Shown here: positions 1 to 13,090 of the stretch, piece after piece
How positions within the stretch are numbered: the first letter of the stretch is position 1
How the letters are laid out: each line of letters opens with the position of its first letter
NCBI GenBank assembly: GCA_951406725.2
Contig: OX597815.1
Coordinates: 63,984,001 to 64,048,000 of the forward strand
From: Octopus vulgaris
Lineage: Eukaryota
DNA length: 64,000 nucleotides
Reading direction: 5' to 3'
Translations under genes and position numbers: made by a program
The notes under the pieces: generated by a model
Seen by the model: the letters and a program-made list of their open reading frames with translations, nothing else
Databases searched by the model: none
What the model was told of the DNA's origin: nothing

Positions 1-10
1 TATATATATA

Positions 11-1159
11 TATAATATTATTAGAGACAAAACCACTATTTTGCAAAACAAACAAGGAAAGACTTAATCGATACATAAAATTTTAATAAAAAGTCAAAAA
101 AACCGCCACTACAATTGTTTCTTGTCTTGATCGTATATGTTGAGTATATGTTGAGGTTTATATGTATGTATAGGTATGTGTAAGTGGGGTGGGTATTTGT
201 ATATGTCGTGGGTGTGTGGTTTACGTGTGTGTATTTGTGTGTGAATGTTTAGGTTAGGGGGATTGCTATATAGGTATGTTATAGAGTTTAGTAAAGGGAG
301 ATTTTATCATTATATGTTTTATGAGTTTTGGTTTATCATGGTAGTTTTGTTAAGGAATTCGTAGTAATTTGTGTCTATTTGCGATGTCTGTTGTTTTATT
401 GCATTATTTCATTCATAATTTTTAAGTAGTGTTCGTTTTACCAAGTGAATATAATTTTTAATTCCATTTATTCCATTTCTCCGTTCATAATTTTAAGTGA
501 TGTCCGTTTCTAGAGCGGGAATGTGGGTTGTATGTGTGTGTGAGGGAGTATGAATAAGTATTGTGTTGAAGTATTTAGCTATTTTATTTATTTATCGTTG
601 CCTAGACGTTTTTATGTGTATGTATAGGGATATATATATAGGTGTGTGATTTAGTGTATGTATTTAGATATGGTTATATATAATTAGTTATATGTGTATG
701 GGTGTATATATAGTTTATTTTTTGTTTTGTTTTATATTTTATATTTTATATTTTATATTTTATATTTAATTGTTGATAGGTTTATTTTAGTTTATATATT
801 GTTTATATATTGATTATATATGGATTATATATAGGTTATAAATAGATTATATATTTATATTTTTTCATTAATACTTTAATTATTTTAAAATTATTATTTT
901 TATATTTTAAAATATTGATATTTTAGATTGGAAGTCCACCTGAAGATTGTCGATCAAGACAAGAAACAATTGTAGTGGCGGTTTTTTTGACTTTTTATTA
1001 AAATTTTATGTATTGATTAAGTCTTTCCTTGTTTGTTTTGCAAAATAGTGGTTTTGTCTCTAATAATATTATATAATATTTTACTATAAAATTGGATTTA
1101 ATCCTAAATCTGATTTTTTCCCTGTAAATTTGGATTTATTCCCTAATATTTATTATTAT

Positions 1160-1175
<16 letters not shown>
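11..1175 (+). mobile_element. Penelope-like element 3' region/pseudo-LTR with inverted partial terminal copy
   Basis: 11-133 is the reverse complement of 951-1073 (near identical). A hammerhead motif lies at 936-978. The same terminal sequence recurs at 56697-56975 on the minus strand. An inverted partial pLTR plus HHR is typical PLE architecture. Confidence 0.7.
936..978 (+). ncRNA. Minimal type-I hammerhead ribozyme
   Basis: ccac-CTGAAGA-ttgtc(gatcaa)gacaa-GAAA-c(aatt)g-TA-gtgg: stems I and II pair perfectly, the core is intact, loop III is palindromic, cleavage predicted after GUA (974). Confidence 0.85.
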
Positions 1176-1233
<58 letters not shown>

Positions 1234-1516
1234 ATGTATACGTATGTATATATGTATTTATGTATTTATGTATGTATGTATGTATGTATGTATGTATGTA
1301 TATACGTATATATATATATATGTATGTATGTATTTATGTATATATTATTTTTCAATTTTTGTTTTAAGCATTGTCATTAGACTGGGAGACCACACTGAAG
1401 AATTTTATAGGCCCCAGTACCTTTCTTACAGCATGGTACTTATATATATGTGTGTGTGTGTGTGTGCGTGTGCAAACACTCACTCTCACAGACAAATAGA
1501 CTTACATACACGCGCG

Positions 1517-1561
<45 letters not shown>

Positions 1562-1863
1562 CTATACATATATATGTAAACATGTATACATATATATATA
1601 TCCATCTCTGTTTCTGTATTTCCTGATATATATATATATATATATATATTAGATATAGGGTAAGACATTATTAATTTAATAATTAACAAATTCCACCAAG
1701 TAGCTTCGGTATGGAAAAAAACCTTTATCGGTAAAAACTCATACAAAAAGTTTTTTTATAGTTAGAAATATAATTAAGGGTTTAGCAGAAAGTTGCTTCA
1801 CCACATAGCAAAAATTTAGAAATAGCAGTCAAACACCGCTAATTCTTTTAACTACAATATAAC

Positions 1864-2595
1864 TCCACAGACCGCAATACTCGTAACTCACATAGGCAAA
1901 AAGAAAAAAAAAGTATCGAAATCAACCATTCTTACGATTAATCATGTACGCGTTTCGGGATTAGAATTTTAAAATTCAGTTCAAGATTATAAATTTGAAA
2001 ATGCTAAACCTGCACTTTGCATCTTCGATCAAGCGACATCGAAACATAACATAAGATAGAACATCACTTCCGAATTTATATAGACGAGTAATTCCGCATC
2101 CTCCCACCTAAAATTGCCATGTGCGTCACACGATAGTACCACACGAAAAACTGTAGTTTGCTATCAGGGAGTGAAATTGTCATTTTAGATACGGGGTAAA
2201 AAATTTTTTGTTGAAATTTGTTTATTATTAAATTAATAATTTTTTTATCCTATATCTAAAATGATAATATCACCCCTTGATAGCAAACTGCAGTTTTTTC
2301 TGCAGTACTATCTTTTGACCCACATGACAAGTTTAGATGGTAGGATGCGGAACTATTCGTCTATATTACTCGGAAGTGCTGTTCTATCTCATGATATGTT
2401 TCGATGTCACTTGATCGAAGATGCAAAGGGTAGGTTTAGCATTTTCAAATTTATAATCTTGAAATATCATGCTGATGAGGGAAATGAATCCTAAAATTCC
2501 AATCCCGAAACGCGTACATAATTAATCGTAAGACTGGTTGATTTCGTTAGTTTTTCTTCTTTTTGCCTATAGGAGTTACGAGTATTGCGGTTTGT

Positions 2596-2598
<3 letters not shown>
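1864..2598. repeat. ~730-bp imperfect palindrome (inverted PLE terminal repeats)
   Basis: 1864-~2205 aligns to the reverse complement of ~2240-2598 along its whole length (e.g. tttgcatcttcgatcaag / cttgatcgaagatgcaaa). Confidence 0.9.
2466..2522 (+). ncRNA. Minimal type-I hammerhead ribozyme
   Basis: atcatg-CTGATGA-ggga...tccc-GAAA-cgcg-TA-cata(at). The inverted arm reads catgat at stem I 3', giving perfect stem I pairing in the consensus. Confidence 0.75.
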
Positions 2599-2642
<44 letters not shown>

Positions 2643-2929
2643 CTTATAATGAAAATTTCACAAATCCTGTAAATATAGCTACCCAGGGTTTCTTGGTCAA
2701 AATAATGATACATTCCGCAGTTATAAAGCTGAAAAGCAAGAGCTTTTGGCATTTGCTTTTTTTAGCAGATAACGTTTAAACAAGAGACACTGGAAAAGAA
2801 AAATACAAAAACCACAAGGGTGATAACCCACGTTACAATAATTTGATTTCAAGCAAATGTAAGTCAGATGTTAATGGTTTACTAAGTGACCTGTGGTCTG
2901 CTTTTAAATTCCGGCATCGTGTATTTTTT

Positions 2930-3211
2930 TAAATATAGACATACAGAAAAATCTTGTTCCTCGAATTTATGTATTCGTTGGAGGATCTCAAGTTTTTTAA
3001 AGAGATAGAAACAGTTTTCGAAGAGAACACACAGAATATTTTTGGGGCCCATTTTTTATAGGGTCTGCATTTGTAGAGGATTTTCTATTTGATGTCGAAC
3101 CTGATCCCTTCGTCATTAAGTTTCCAGATTAAAACCGAAAGGGTTTTTGAATGCCTCTTATCATGGTACCTAAATTTTAAAAGACGGTTGTTATAACTAG
3201 GTTTAAATAGA
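2930..3211 (-). pseudogene. PLE GIY-YIG endonuclease C-terminal fragment
   Basis: Minus-strand LFKPSYNNRLLKFRYHDKRHSKTLSVLIWKLNDEGIRFDIK*KILYKCRPYKNG is homologous to the C-terminal part of the PLE ORF at 60830-61050. Confidence 0.7.
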
Positions 3212-3213
3212 CA

Positions 3214-3277
<64 letters not shown>

Positions 3278-3375
3278 TGAGTCTGGGAAGAGTCATTTTC
3301 TTTTTTGTGCCTTATAATTTAACACATTCACCAGTAAAATTTCCACATTTCTTATTTTTAATTTCCTAAAATTTT

Positions 3376-3967
3376 CGTTACGTTCTATTGTGCAACTAAA
3401 TCGAAAAGGGTCCATTGAATTGGTGAATTGCAGCATATTTTGTTTTTGCAAAATTGCAAAATTATACTGTAGTACATTGTTATGGTCATTGTATGGGTAT
3501 GATGCTGTATTCCACTGGATTATTTCGCCTTTAGTCATACTTACCAGCCTGTCTGTCTAACTTACTTTCTCTCTCTCACTCATTATCTGTCTATCTATCT
3601 AAAGAGAAGCAGAGGCCCAATGGCCAAGTGATTAGGGCAGCGGACTCGCGGTCGTAGGATCGCGGTTCCGATTCCTAGACCGCGCGTTGTGAGTGTTTAT
3701 TGAGCGAAAACACCTAAAGCTCCACCATAACTTTCTCTCACACTTTCTTCCTGTTTTTGTATTTCAAAGGGCTAGCCTTATCATACTCTGTATCACGCTG
3801 AATCTCTCCGAGAACTACATTAAGGGTACACGTGTCTATGGAGTGCTCAGCCACTTGCACGTTAATTTCACGAGCAGGCTGTTCCGTTGATCGGATCAAC
3901 TGTGAACCCTCGTCGTCGTATACGACGGAGTGCCACTAATAAAATATAAAGAGAGAAGGAAGAAAGT

Positions 3968-4017
<50 letters not shown>

Positions 4018-4239
4018 GTGAGAGAGAAAGAAAGTAAGACAGACAGACATACAGATAGACAGACAGGTTGGTAAATATGACTAAAGGCGAAATAATCCAT
4101 TGGAATACAGCATCATACCCATACAATGACCATAACAATGTACAACAGTATAATTTTGCAATTTTGCAAAAACAAAATATGCTGCAATTCACCAATTCAA
4201 TGTACTCTTTTCGATTTAGTTGCACAATAGAACGTAACG
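3376..4239. repeat. Inverted duplication (~220-270 bp arms) flanking a SINE
   Basis: 3376-3600 is the reverse complement of 3968-4239 (ORFs 3293-3538- and 4068-4286+ translate almost identically). Confidence 0.9.
3608..3940 (+). mobile_element. tRNA-derived SINE
   Basis: Head has A-box (tggccaagtgattagg) and B-box (ggttccgattcc). Body and tail are shared with the minus-strand copy at 42185-42482. Confidence 0.8.
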
Positions 4240-5636
4240 TTCACTCCTGTTTTACACAAAATAACTCCTACTCTCTCAAACAATGATTAGTTCATTGCTA
4301 TAATTATTTCCTTTTAGTTTTAAAGTATCTTGAATACAGGATTTTCATTTTTAAGGCAACGGGTAGTACTTTCAGAGAAGAGGAAAACTTGATTGTAAAA
4401 CATTGAACAGGTAGATCAACTGTGCAGAAGTATTAGAGTGGTGGATGATTGTGTTAATAACCGATTGGCTAGCGAGTTGAGGCGTTGAGTCTTTAATGCT
4501 TCCTTATGTATAGAATATTCGAGGTGCGAAACCCGAAATTTGCTCCCATGATTGCTGTTCAATAATTCCGTTTCATTGAATAATTTTGCTCTATAATTCT
4601 GTTTGATCGCAGATAGCCGCAGTTACTCAACTTCAACGACAACAACAACAACAACAACAACATCAACAGCAACAACAATAACAGCAGCTGTTGCGTCCAC
4701 TACAATGATGATAGCAGCATAGAGAGACAACACTATAGTTTAATTATGTAAGAGAAACGATTGTGAACCATCCCGCCCCAAACATATAAACTGACGAAAA
4801 TATAAAAACAAAGATTTAGTGTCCGTATAAATACCAAATAGTATTTCAGTTCTAAATTTTCCATTGTGAGATCAAATTGTGGTGGAATCCAAATCCATAC
4901 AGTTTCATCAGAGTCACATACATGAACTGAAACATACGTATATTGAGTTCTATATCAAGTTATTAGTATTGCAGTGCCTAAGCAAATTATATATATATAT
5001 AAAGATGGAAATCTTTTCATCGCTTTTTTCTCTACCCTTCACTACCTATTTTCCCTCTCTCTCTTCCTTTTTTTCTGTACCATGTGACCATCTCATTTCT
5101 CCTTTCAGCCTTCCTTTTCATGCTTGACCTCTGACCTCTTTAGTCATTCTTCTCTTGGGCTCTCGCCTTTGAATTTATTTCCAGCTCAGAGTTCGTCCCA
5201 TTTTCCACCTTTCGTTCTATTTTCCTGTCTATTTCTTGTATCCTTCCACATTTCGTTCTGTCTTTTTGTCTCTCTACTTTTCTTTTCAAGTCGTATAGGA
5301 CGTCATTTCCATTACCGTTACTTCTACACAAGTCTTGTCTTAATACTGTCTTATAGATGAAAGGCATTTATTTGTGTGTGTATATTTATATATGTACCAA
5401 CTACTTGTATTATTTGCTTGTTTTCGTAACTGTCTTTCAGTTATTTCCAGCAGTTTTTGCTGGTGATACCACCAAAAGGACCAAAGTTATCGTTAAAGGC
5501 ACGAAGCTGTTACGCTCTTTGGACGATAACTGACGAGGGAAGAACATATCCACGTCTTGTGCGTGAATTTTCCGTGTGCTCCTTTGTCACACAGACACAC
5601 GTTTTTGTATTTGTACATATATATATGTATACATAC

Positions 5637-5673
<37 letters not shown>

Positions 5674-5746
5674 TACATTATATCTGTATAGCATATAGAG
5701 TATATAATCATGACATCGTGTGTGTGTGTGTGTATGTGTGTGTGTG

Positions 5747-5786
<40 letters not shown>

Positions 5787-6761
5787 CGTGTGTGTGTGTG
5801 TGTGTGTGTGTGCGTGTGTTCAAGGAGGATAATATGAATATCAAATGTAAGCTGAAGGTGTTTGAGGGATGACTAAAACGTCATCCGTTATTTGTGATGG
5901 TCTCACATTCGAAAGAGAAGCTTTCATTTTTAGGGGTCAGAAAATACACCAACTCGTAAAGCTTACTGATTTTCTAGAAGGTTCGGATGACCCTCATGCA
6001 GGAGTATTGTTCATTTGTATGGAACTGCCCACTTGTTATATACTACACTAATATTTGAATTGTATTGAAACGGAGGAAATCAAGCAGATTAGCAATGATC
6101 GCTGACAGCACTACCCCTCTCAGACGTTGTTTCAATTATCAGCCTCTTATGCCTCTCCTACATAGGAAATTCCTCCAATGAGTTAACAAATAGCACAACT
6201 CCCAACCCAAGACCACAGATTTCGTGTCCCATCACACGAAGTCTTGCACTAAATACTCTGTTATATACTTCCTATTCAATTCGGCAACGTTTTAAATGTC
6301 CTTCCTACACACATCTGCCCAACCAGGTATTAACTTGCAACCTACATTAGTCTTGAATAAAATACGTAGAAAACAAAACATTTTCACCATTTGCCCAAGA
6401 CACAACACACCATCACTACTTGTTGCTGACTAGTAAGCAGTCTTAAAGCGTTTCCTAGCTTTCAGGTCGTTATATGACGTTCATCACTGCCATTTACAGC
6501 TTTCCAAAAAATCCTTCATAATGAGAGAGAGCAACTTGAAAAATTGTACACAACATAGTCTTTGTAAGTTTAATTTTTGACTCACCACCAAGAATCAAGT
6601 GTTACTTAGAAATTTTGGAAAAAACTCAATATCAAACTTGTTAAATGAACATAGGGTTGTCTTTTAAATATTACGTGCATCAAAGAGATTAGATACGGAA
6701 TGATCTTATATATATATAATATATATATATGTGTGTGAGAGGGAGTGTGTGTGTTTATATA

Positions 6762-6796
<35 letters not shown>

Positions 6797-7222
6797 GCAT
6801 ACATATGTATATATGCATATATACGTGTGTGCGCGCGTGTATATTGATAGTTAGACATCATACATACACACATACATATATACATACATACATACAGGCA
6901 GGTAAAGAGATGGATAGGTTGATAGGTAGGTTGAGAGAGAGAGAGAGATGTTTCTGTGAGTGAATGTGCGTTTAAAAGATAACTTATTATACGGCTATAC
7001 ATATGCGCATGCGCGCGGAGTGGGTGAATCTTTTTCTTTTATTATTTATCGCAATTCTTTCTACAAGAAGGAGCTGGGTTTTTAACAAAAAAGACCCCAA
7101 ATAAATAAAATAAGTAAAACTCTATCGCTAGAATTAATGAATGTCTATGTATATAAATGTAATGTGTATACATGTATGAGTATGTAGGTATTTGTATATA
7201 TCTATATACAAATATATAGACA

Positions 7223-7250
7223 TAGCTAGCTAGCTAGCTAGCTAGCTAGC

Positions 7251-7317
<67 letters not shown>
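7223..7317. repeat. (TAGC)n-(GATA)n compound microsatellite
   Basis: Directly visible. It represents dozens of (TA)n, (CA)n, (GATA)n and (TACA)n tracts across the window. Confidence 0.95.
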
Positions 7318-7435
7318 GGAGGGAGAGTTGGGGATAGGCACATATGCCTAAGCATAGCAACGAATGAAAACTGAAAGTACAAGAAAGGCTAAGAGATCAA
7401 TATACACTAGATAAGAAAAGAAAAAGGGAATGAGA

Positions 7436-7502
<67 letters not shown>

Positions 7503-7810
7503 TGCGTCTGTGTCTGTGTCTGTGTGTGCGCGCGCGTGTGTGTTCGCGCGCGTATGCGTTGGTGAGAAAGAGAGAGAGCAGGCTGTTCTTATGAGGTTTG
7601 TGGGCCGGAGTGTGTGTATGTGTTAGAATGTGTGCCGATATATATGAGTGTATACTGTAAGTTTGTTGATGTTTACATATATCAATGTGTCTGTTTTTCC
7701 ATGTGAGTGTTTTTACCTATTTTTCTATAGATGTGTAGATATTTTGAATAGATGTTTGCTGTGTGTGTGTATGTAGTGTGTCTGTGTGTATGTGTGTATG
7801 TTTCTTAGCG

Positions 7811-7841
<31 letters not shown>

Positions 7842-8340
7842 TGCGTGAACAGCGTGTTTGTGCCCATGCTAGTATGTGTGCGATTGAGTATACTAGTGTA
7901 TAAGCGTTTGTGTGAGTCTTTGTAAATGTGTATGTGTGTGTCTGCATGTGGTAAAGTATGTTTATGAATGTGTCAATATGCATTTATGTGTGCGTGAGGC
8001 TTTGTATATGTGAGCGTGTGTAGGCCTGTGTGCGCGTAAGTTTGTGTATGTGCGTATACACACACGTGAGATTGTATGTTATCACATATTAGTGTTTCAA
8101 TGTGTATTTGTGTGAGTGTATCTGTGTGTGTGTGTGGTTTGTGTGTGTTTGTGTGTGTGTGTGTGTGTGTTTGTATGCATGTGTGTGTATCTGTGTTTAT
8201 GTGTGTTTGTAGACGCGTGTCTATATAGATGCTTGTGTGTGTGTGTGTTTGTATGGCCCCTTAAGGCTAGAACGTGACAATACGTCGAAAACCCATTAAA
8301 TATCTCTTGAGGGTATGTGTGCAGACCCAGAAGAGTCTCC

Positions 8341-8438
8341 ACTACAAAATGGCGCGAAGGTAAATAAGAAATGGGCGTCATTTCTCTCGGGACAATGGAC
8401 AACGTGTTATATTTGCTTCCGGTTGGGCGGCCATTTTT
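8341..8438. promoter_or_regulatory. Candidate promoter-like motif cluster
   Basis: Locally CpG-rich. AAAATGGCG (8346-8354) and GCCATTTT (8430-8437) are YY1-like, CTTCCGG (8416-8422) is ETS-like, GGGCGG (8425-8430) is a GC box. ATGGCGCGAAG is followed by GTAAAT, a possible splice donor. Confidence 0.35.
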
Positions 8439-8592
8439 ATTTCATTCTTCCCTTTCTTCATTCTTTTTATCGTTTTCTTTTTGTACTTTTTATCTTTCCT
8501 CTTTCGTTCTCTTTCCGTACCCACCCCCTCTCTCTGTTTTTGGTCTCTCTCTTTTTTCTGTCTCCCTTTCTTTGCCTTCGCCTCTCTTTCTG

Positions 8593-8687
<95 letters not shown>

Positions 8688-9276
8688 ATATATTTATACA
8701 CCCATTTTACTATTAAGTCTCCTACTTCATTTTTTTTCTTACGAATTTCTTTCTCTTCTTTTTCATTTCCTCTTTTTACCATATTTTTCTTTCTCTCTCA
8801 CAATTTTTTTCATCTCCCTTACACCTTTCAATCGCTTGCACTTCCTCAAACCATTTACTCTCTGTAAAATCTTTTGTTTTTCTTCCCACTGTTATTCCTC
8901 AACCACTCATTCTTCATATATGTGTGTTTCTTCTTCATTCATTCACTCATTCATAAAACTTTTCTATCTTTAATTTCTTCTCTCTTTCATGAATTTTAGC
9001 CAAATTTTCTTCATTTATATTTGTCAACATTTTCTCTTGCCTTTCTCATTTTCTCTTTACTGCTTTCCTTCTTTGCTTTCATTTTTCCTTCTTTTATTTT
9101 CTTGTAATTTTCTTTAATGATATTTTCAGATGCATTAATATTATTCTTTCATTCTATGCGCTCAATATTTCCGTGTTTCCTTTTCCCTTTCTTTCTTCTA
9201 TTATATCAGCATACATACATGCATACATACATACATACATACATACATACATACATACATACATACATACATACAC

Positions 9277-9320
<44 letters not shown>

Positions 9321-9504
9321 AGAGTAGATCGTATACGAGTGGGTATATATTTGTAAAAAAGAAGTTTGAAAACGCCACTACATTAGATAAATTTTAATTT
9401 TCTTATGAATTTTACATGTTTCGGTTCTTGAAAAAACGAGCCTTATCAAAAATATTATAAAAAGTGCAATAGAAAAGTTCATAATCGTTTCTTACTGGTC
9501 TCAA

Positions 9505-9828
9505 TAGAATCCATGTGGTGGTGTTTTGTCGGTAGTTGGTATAATCGCTATATTACAGTTGAGTGTAGTGAAGAAGTTCATTATTGTTTCTTGCTGGTAC
9601 CCCAACCACCACCAAGGTTGCCAAAATTACGACCAACAGTAACTGCTGCTAGGACAGCCACAGGTTACTACTACGACCAACAATTACTACTGTTGCTACC
9701 ATTGGAACACAGGGAAACAAAAAAGCGGTTCCTTTTGATACCAGCAAGAAACAATAATGAACTTCACTACACTCAACTGTAATATAGCGATTATACCAAC
9801 TACCGACAAAACACCACCACATGGATTC

Positions 9829-9830
<2 letters not shown>
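9505..9830. repeat. Inverted repeat, ~95-bp arms, ~140-bp spacer
   Basis: 9505-9599 is the reverse complement of 9739-9830 apart from a 3-bp indel. Confidence 0.9.
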
Positions 9831-9860
<30 letters not shown>

Positions 9861-9878
9861 CATCTTTTTCGATGGCCC

Positions 9879-9939
9879 GATAACTGAAGAGATGCCGGCG
9901 TAGGTTTCCACCCCGACATTCGAAACTCGGAGTTTTATC
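9879..9939 (+). ncRNA. Type-I hammerhead ribozyme
   Basis: gataa-CTGAAGA-gatgccgg...ccgacattc-GAAA-ctcggag-TT-ttatc: stem I gataa/ttatc, imperfect stem II, near-palindromic stem III, GUU cleavage triplet. Confidence 0.75.
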
Positions 9940-10330
9940 ATGGCTACCAAATAATTGACACATATCATATTTACAGATAAATTCCTCTGTTTACATAATA
10001 TCGAGGTCTCTTTCATTCTTTTGTTGTCTTGCCATTTCTATCAATGAATTATATGTATGTATGCATGAATGTATACACACACACACACAAACACACACAT
10101 ATGTATGTATATATAATGAGTTAAGAGAAATTACGCAGAGTGGCTATCGGCATATATTTGAGCGACATAATACCATACAGCATAAATTCTTGATTTACTA
10201 ACATTATCTCCATTTCTTGAGGGGGTATCATAAGTAACAAACAGCAATTAACACCAGCTCCATATGAGGAGTGAGGATGATATCAAGAATCAATAATTCT
10301 CCAAAATTAGCAAGGGAGACAAGTGGACTA

Positions 10331-10373
10331 TCATGGACACGTGTTTCTACCTCAATAGGCGTCATCAACATGA
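10331..10373 (-). ncRNA. Minimal hammerhead ribozyme, C3U variant
   Basis: Minus strand: tcatg-TTGATGA-cgcct(attg)aggta-GAAA-c(acgt)g-TC-catga; palindromic loop III, GUC triplet; stem I extendable by aagtg/cactt. Confidence 0.65.
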
Positions 10374-12949
10374 CACTTGTCCTAACCTATCTCCTAACCC
10401 AACAAGAGATATAGATGTATGCATAAAATAGTAGAACGCATTTATGGCTAAGATAATGTATATATTTATATTTATATTTCTTTCACCTCATTCTTACCTT
10501 TTCGTCTTTTATTTCATCCTTCCGTTTTTACCTTTTTTACGTTTATTACTTCGTTCATTATGCCGTTTCTGTGTTTCGTTTCTTCTCTCCTTCTCTCTTC
10601 TCTCTCTCCTCTCTCTTTCATCTCTTTCAAACATTTTAAAAACTACACTATTGCATTCTTGAAAACTCTATGTTCGGCTTCTTTTATCCACCATTCTGAG
10701 AAACATCATGAAGACATTGAGAGATACCAATCGTCTCATTCAAGCAGAAAAGTACAATAGATGAATTAAGACCCATCATTCAACTCAGAATCGAACATGC
10801 ATCGTAAAATTGTCATTGCTATACAACAGGGATTAGTCATCCACTCTTTTTCATCATTTTACTGTTCTTTTACACAAAGTTTTGGAAGTTTATTTTTATC
10901 CTTTTTAGTTGTATTCTATAACGTGTATGTGTGTATGTGTGTATGTGTGCTTCTCTTGTGATTTTGCATGTGTGTGGTGTGACTGTTTGTGTATGTGTCG
11001 TGAATATGTGTGCGTGTACATGCGTGTTTCTTTCTCTGCGTAGCTAGAGTCACATTTATTTTGCCCTGTTTTTGCTGCCTCAGTCACTCCTCTAAAAAAA
11101 TATTACATTTCTACTACTCTAAATTACAGAAGTGTAAAGAACCACATAGTTCGTAAACTGGGTAGAAGTGTCCAATTAGGGGCGACAGGAGCTCACAAGG
11201 GAGCGGTAGATACCACGGAAACGCTATGGGGGAGGGGTACTGGGTATTTAGAGGAGTAGGGATTTTTTCTCGAGAAATATTATATTTAAATCAGATACAA
11301 TATTTATATTTTAAACACATTAAAAAAAAAAAATCTTTTCAGATTTAAATACGAGTAGGATATTGTGTTATCAGTGAGCGAAATACTTGATTGATGATGT
11401 GCCAGGTTCAATATAATTTCATTATAGAAGTTCTCGCTTTCTTTAGAAATTTGCAAAGAAAATTTAACATAGAGGACGCTAGTCCATGCAAACATCTTTA
11501 AATGTGACACACGCTTCACGGAATAGTGTAGCAAACATGTATAATGAAACTACGACGTAGAATTAGCTTTTTATGTTTTTGCTTGTTGGTTTATTTGTCA
11601 ACCTTTTGAAAAACATTGGAATGGGTTGTTTTGTGATACGCTATTCTTTGAAAGGTAGTGGTGCGCTACTAAAAGATGATAGCAACATTCTGTATATTGT
11701 TTGCAATATCATAACAAATACACTATAAGACACTATACTCCGTTGTGGAAAATATTTGGCATTCAGTTACTTAGTCCATTCCGCCGCAACACATGTTTTC
11801 GGATCTGGTGAAACTTCACTTCCAGCGTTCCCAATGGTTTATTATATGTTCTATATTCTCACAATGTCTGTTGACAGTCTTCATTTACTCGTGTAATGTT
11901 CGATGTCATGTGGATCACGATGTTCCATATCTTCATTCTTCTCCCAGTGTCCATCTCAATCATGTTTTTATGTCCTTGCAGAGCTATAATCTGGCTACCA
12001 CAGAACGTAAATGGTCAGTTGCATTCTTATGCTATGTTACCGTGTCTTTGAGCATTTGTTACGATGCTTTAATATGGTCATGATACGAAATTACCAGGAA
12101 TTTTTAGAGGTAACTTTGGTGAAAAAATATCTGATATTTTAAGGAACTTCCCAGTTTTCATACACATTTCGCTTCTGTATAGCAGAGCAGGGAGTTCGAT
12201 GGGGTTGTACAGGGCAATATTTTGAAATCAGGATTTTATACATCATGCTGCCTTCTCGATTCAGCATTTGACATCGATTCCAGCATCTCTATGACGACAT
12301 ATAAAACTAACAACACAGAATATGTTCAAATACATAAAAGTATATAACACATTATACAAAACAATGATACTTTGTCATAACTAGAGGACATCAAAACTAT
12401 ACAACCTCTTATTAAGTATACTTTGTACTCAACAGAAAAGTACAGTAAAGCATTGTAAAGTACATTGATATGCAGTAATATACAATGGAATATAGTCAGT
12501 GTAGAGTACAGTGGCTTAGAGTACAGCAATATATCACTTGCTGCTCTAGCACCCAGCACTACACTATACTACATACCTGCTAGAAATAGCAGTAAAATCC
12601 CCCACATATCACGGTCGGCTGCCTTAAAACAAAGGATATTGAATAGAATAATATGGTCTGATTGGAGTCATGAATATGTTAGATATTCAATAGCGTTAGG
12701 TATTCAATCGGCGGAGATAGTCACGACTGGAACGTCTATACATTATATTCATGGTCTGTTCGATCAGAGTTGACGAGGGAACTAAACAACGGCAACGACA
12801 ACAACAACAACAACAACAACAACGGCAATAACAACAACAGCAGCAGCAGCCCGCCATTACACTTCGCTACACATAATATCTCAAGTCTGCCAGACTTCAA
12901 TATTTCATCAATCACTATGGCTCCGTAAAACTACCTCCACCTCAACAGC

Positions 12950-12965
12950 AACAACAACAACAGCA

Positions 12966-13015
<50 letters not shown>

Positions 13016-13049
13016 CACCACCACCACCACCACCACAACAACAACAACA

Positions 13050-13090
<41 letters not shown>
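12950..13090. repeat. Compound (ACA/ACT/ACC)n trinucleotide repeat
   Basis: Directly visible; produces the poly-Val ORF. Confidence 0.95.

Noticed and set aside
5521-5560. CTGACGA hammerhead candidate (also CTGACGA near 16693)
   Set aside because: GAAA box missing; counted only as possible relics, not as ribozymes.
5870-6600. Possible decayed retroelement coding region
   Set aside because: No motif recognisable with confidence by eye.
7004-7014. NRF1-like TGCGCATGCGC motif
   Set aside because: Easily generated in alternating purine-pyrimidine repeat background; no supporting context.
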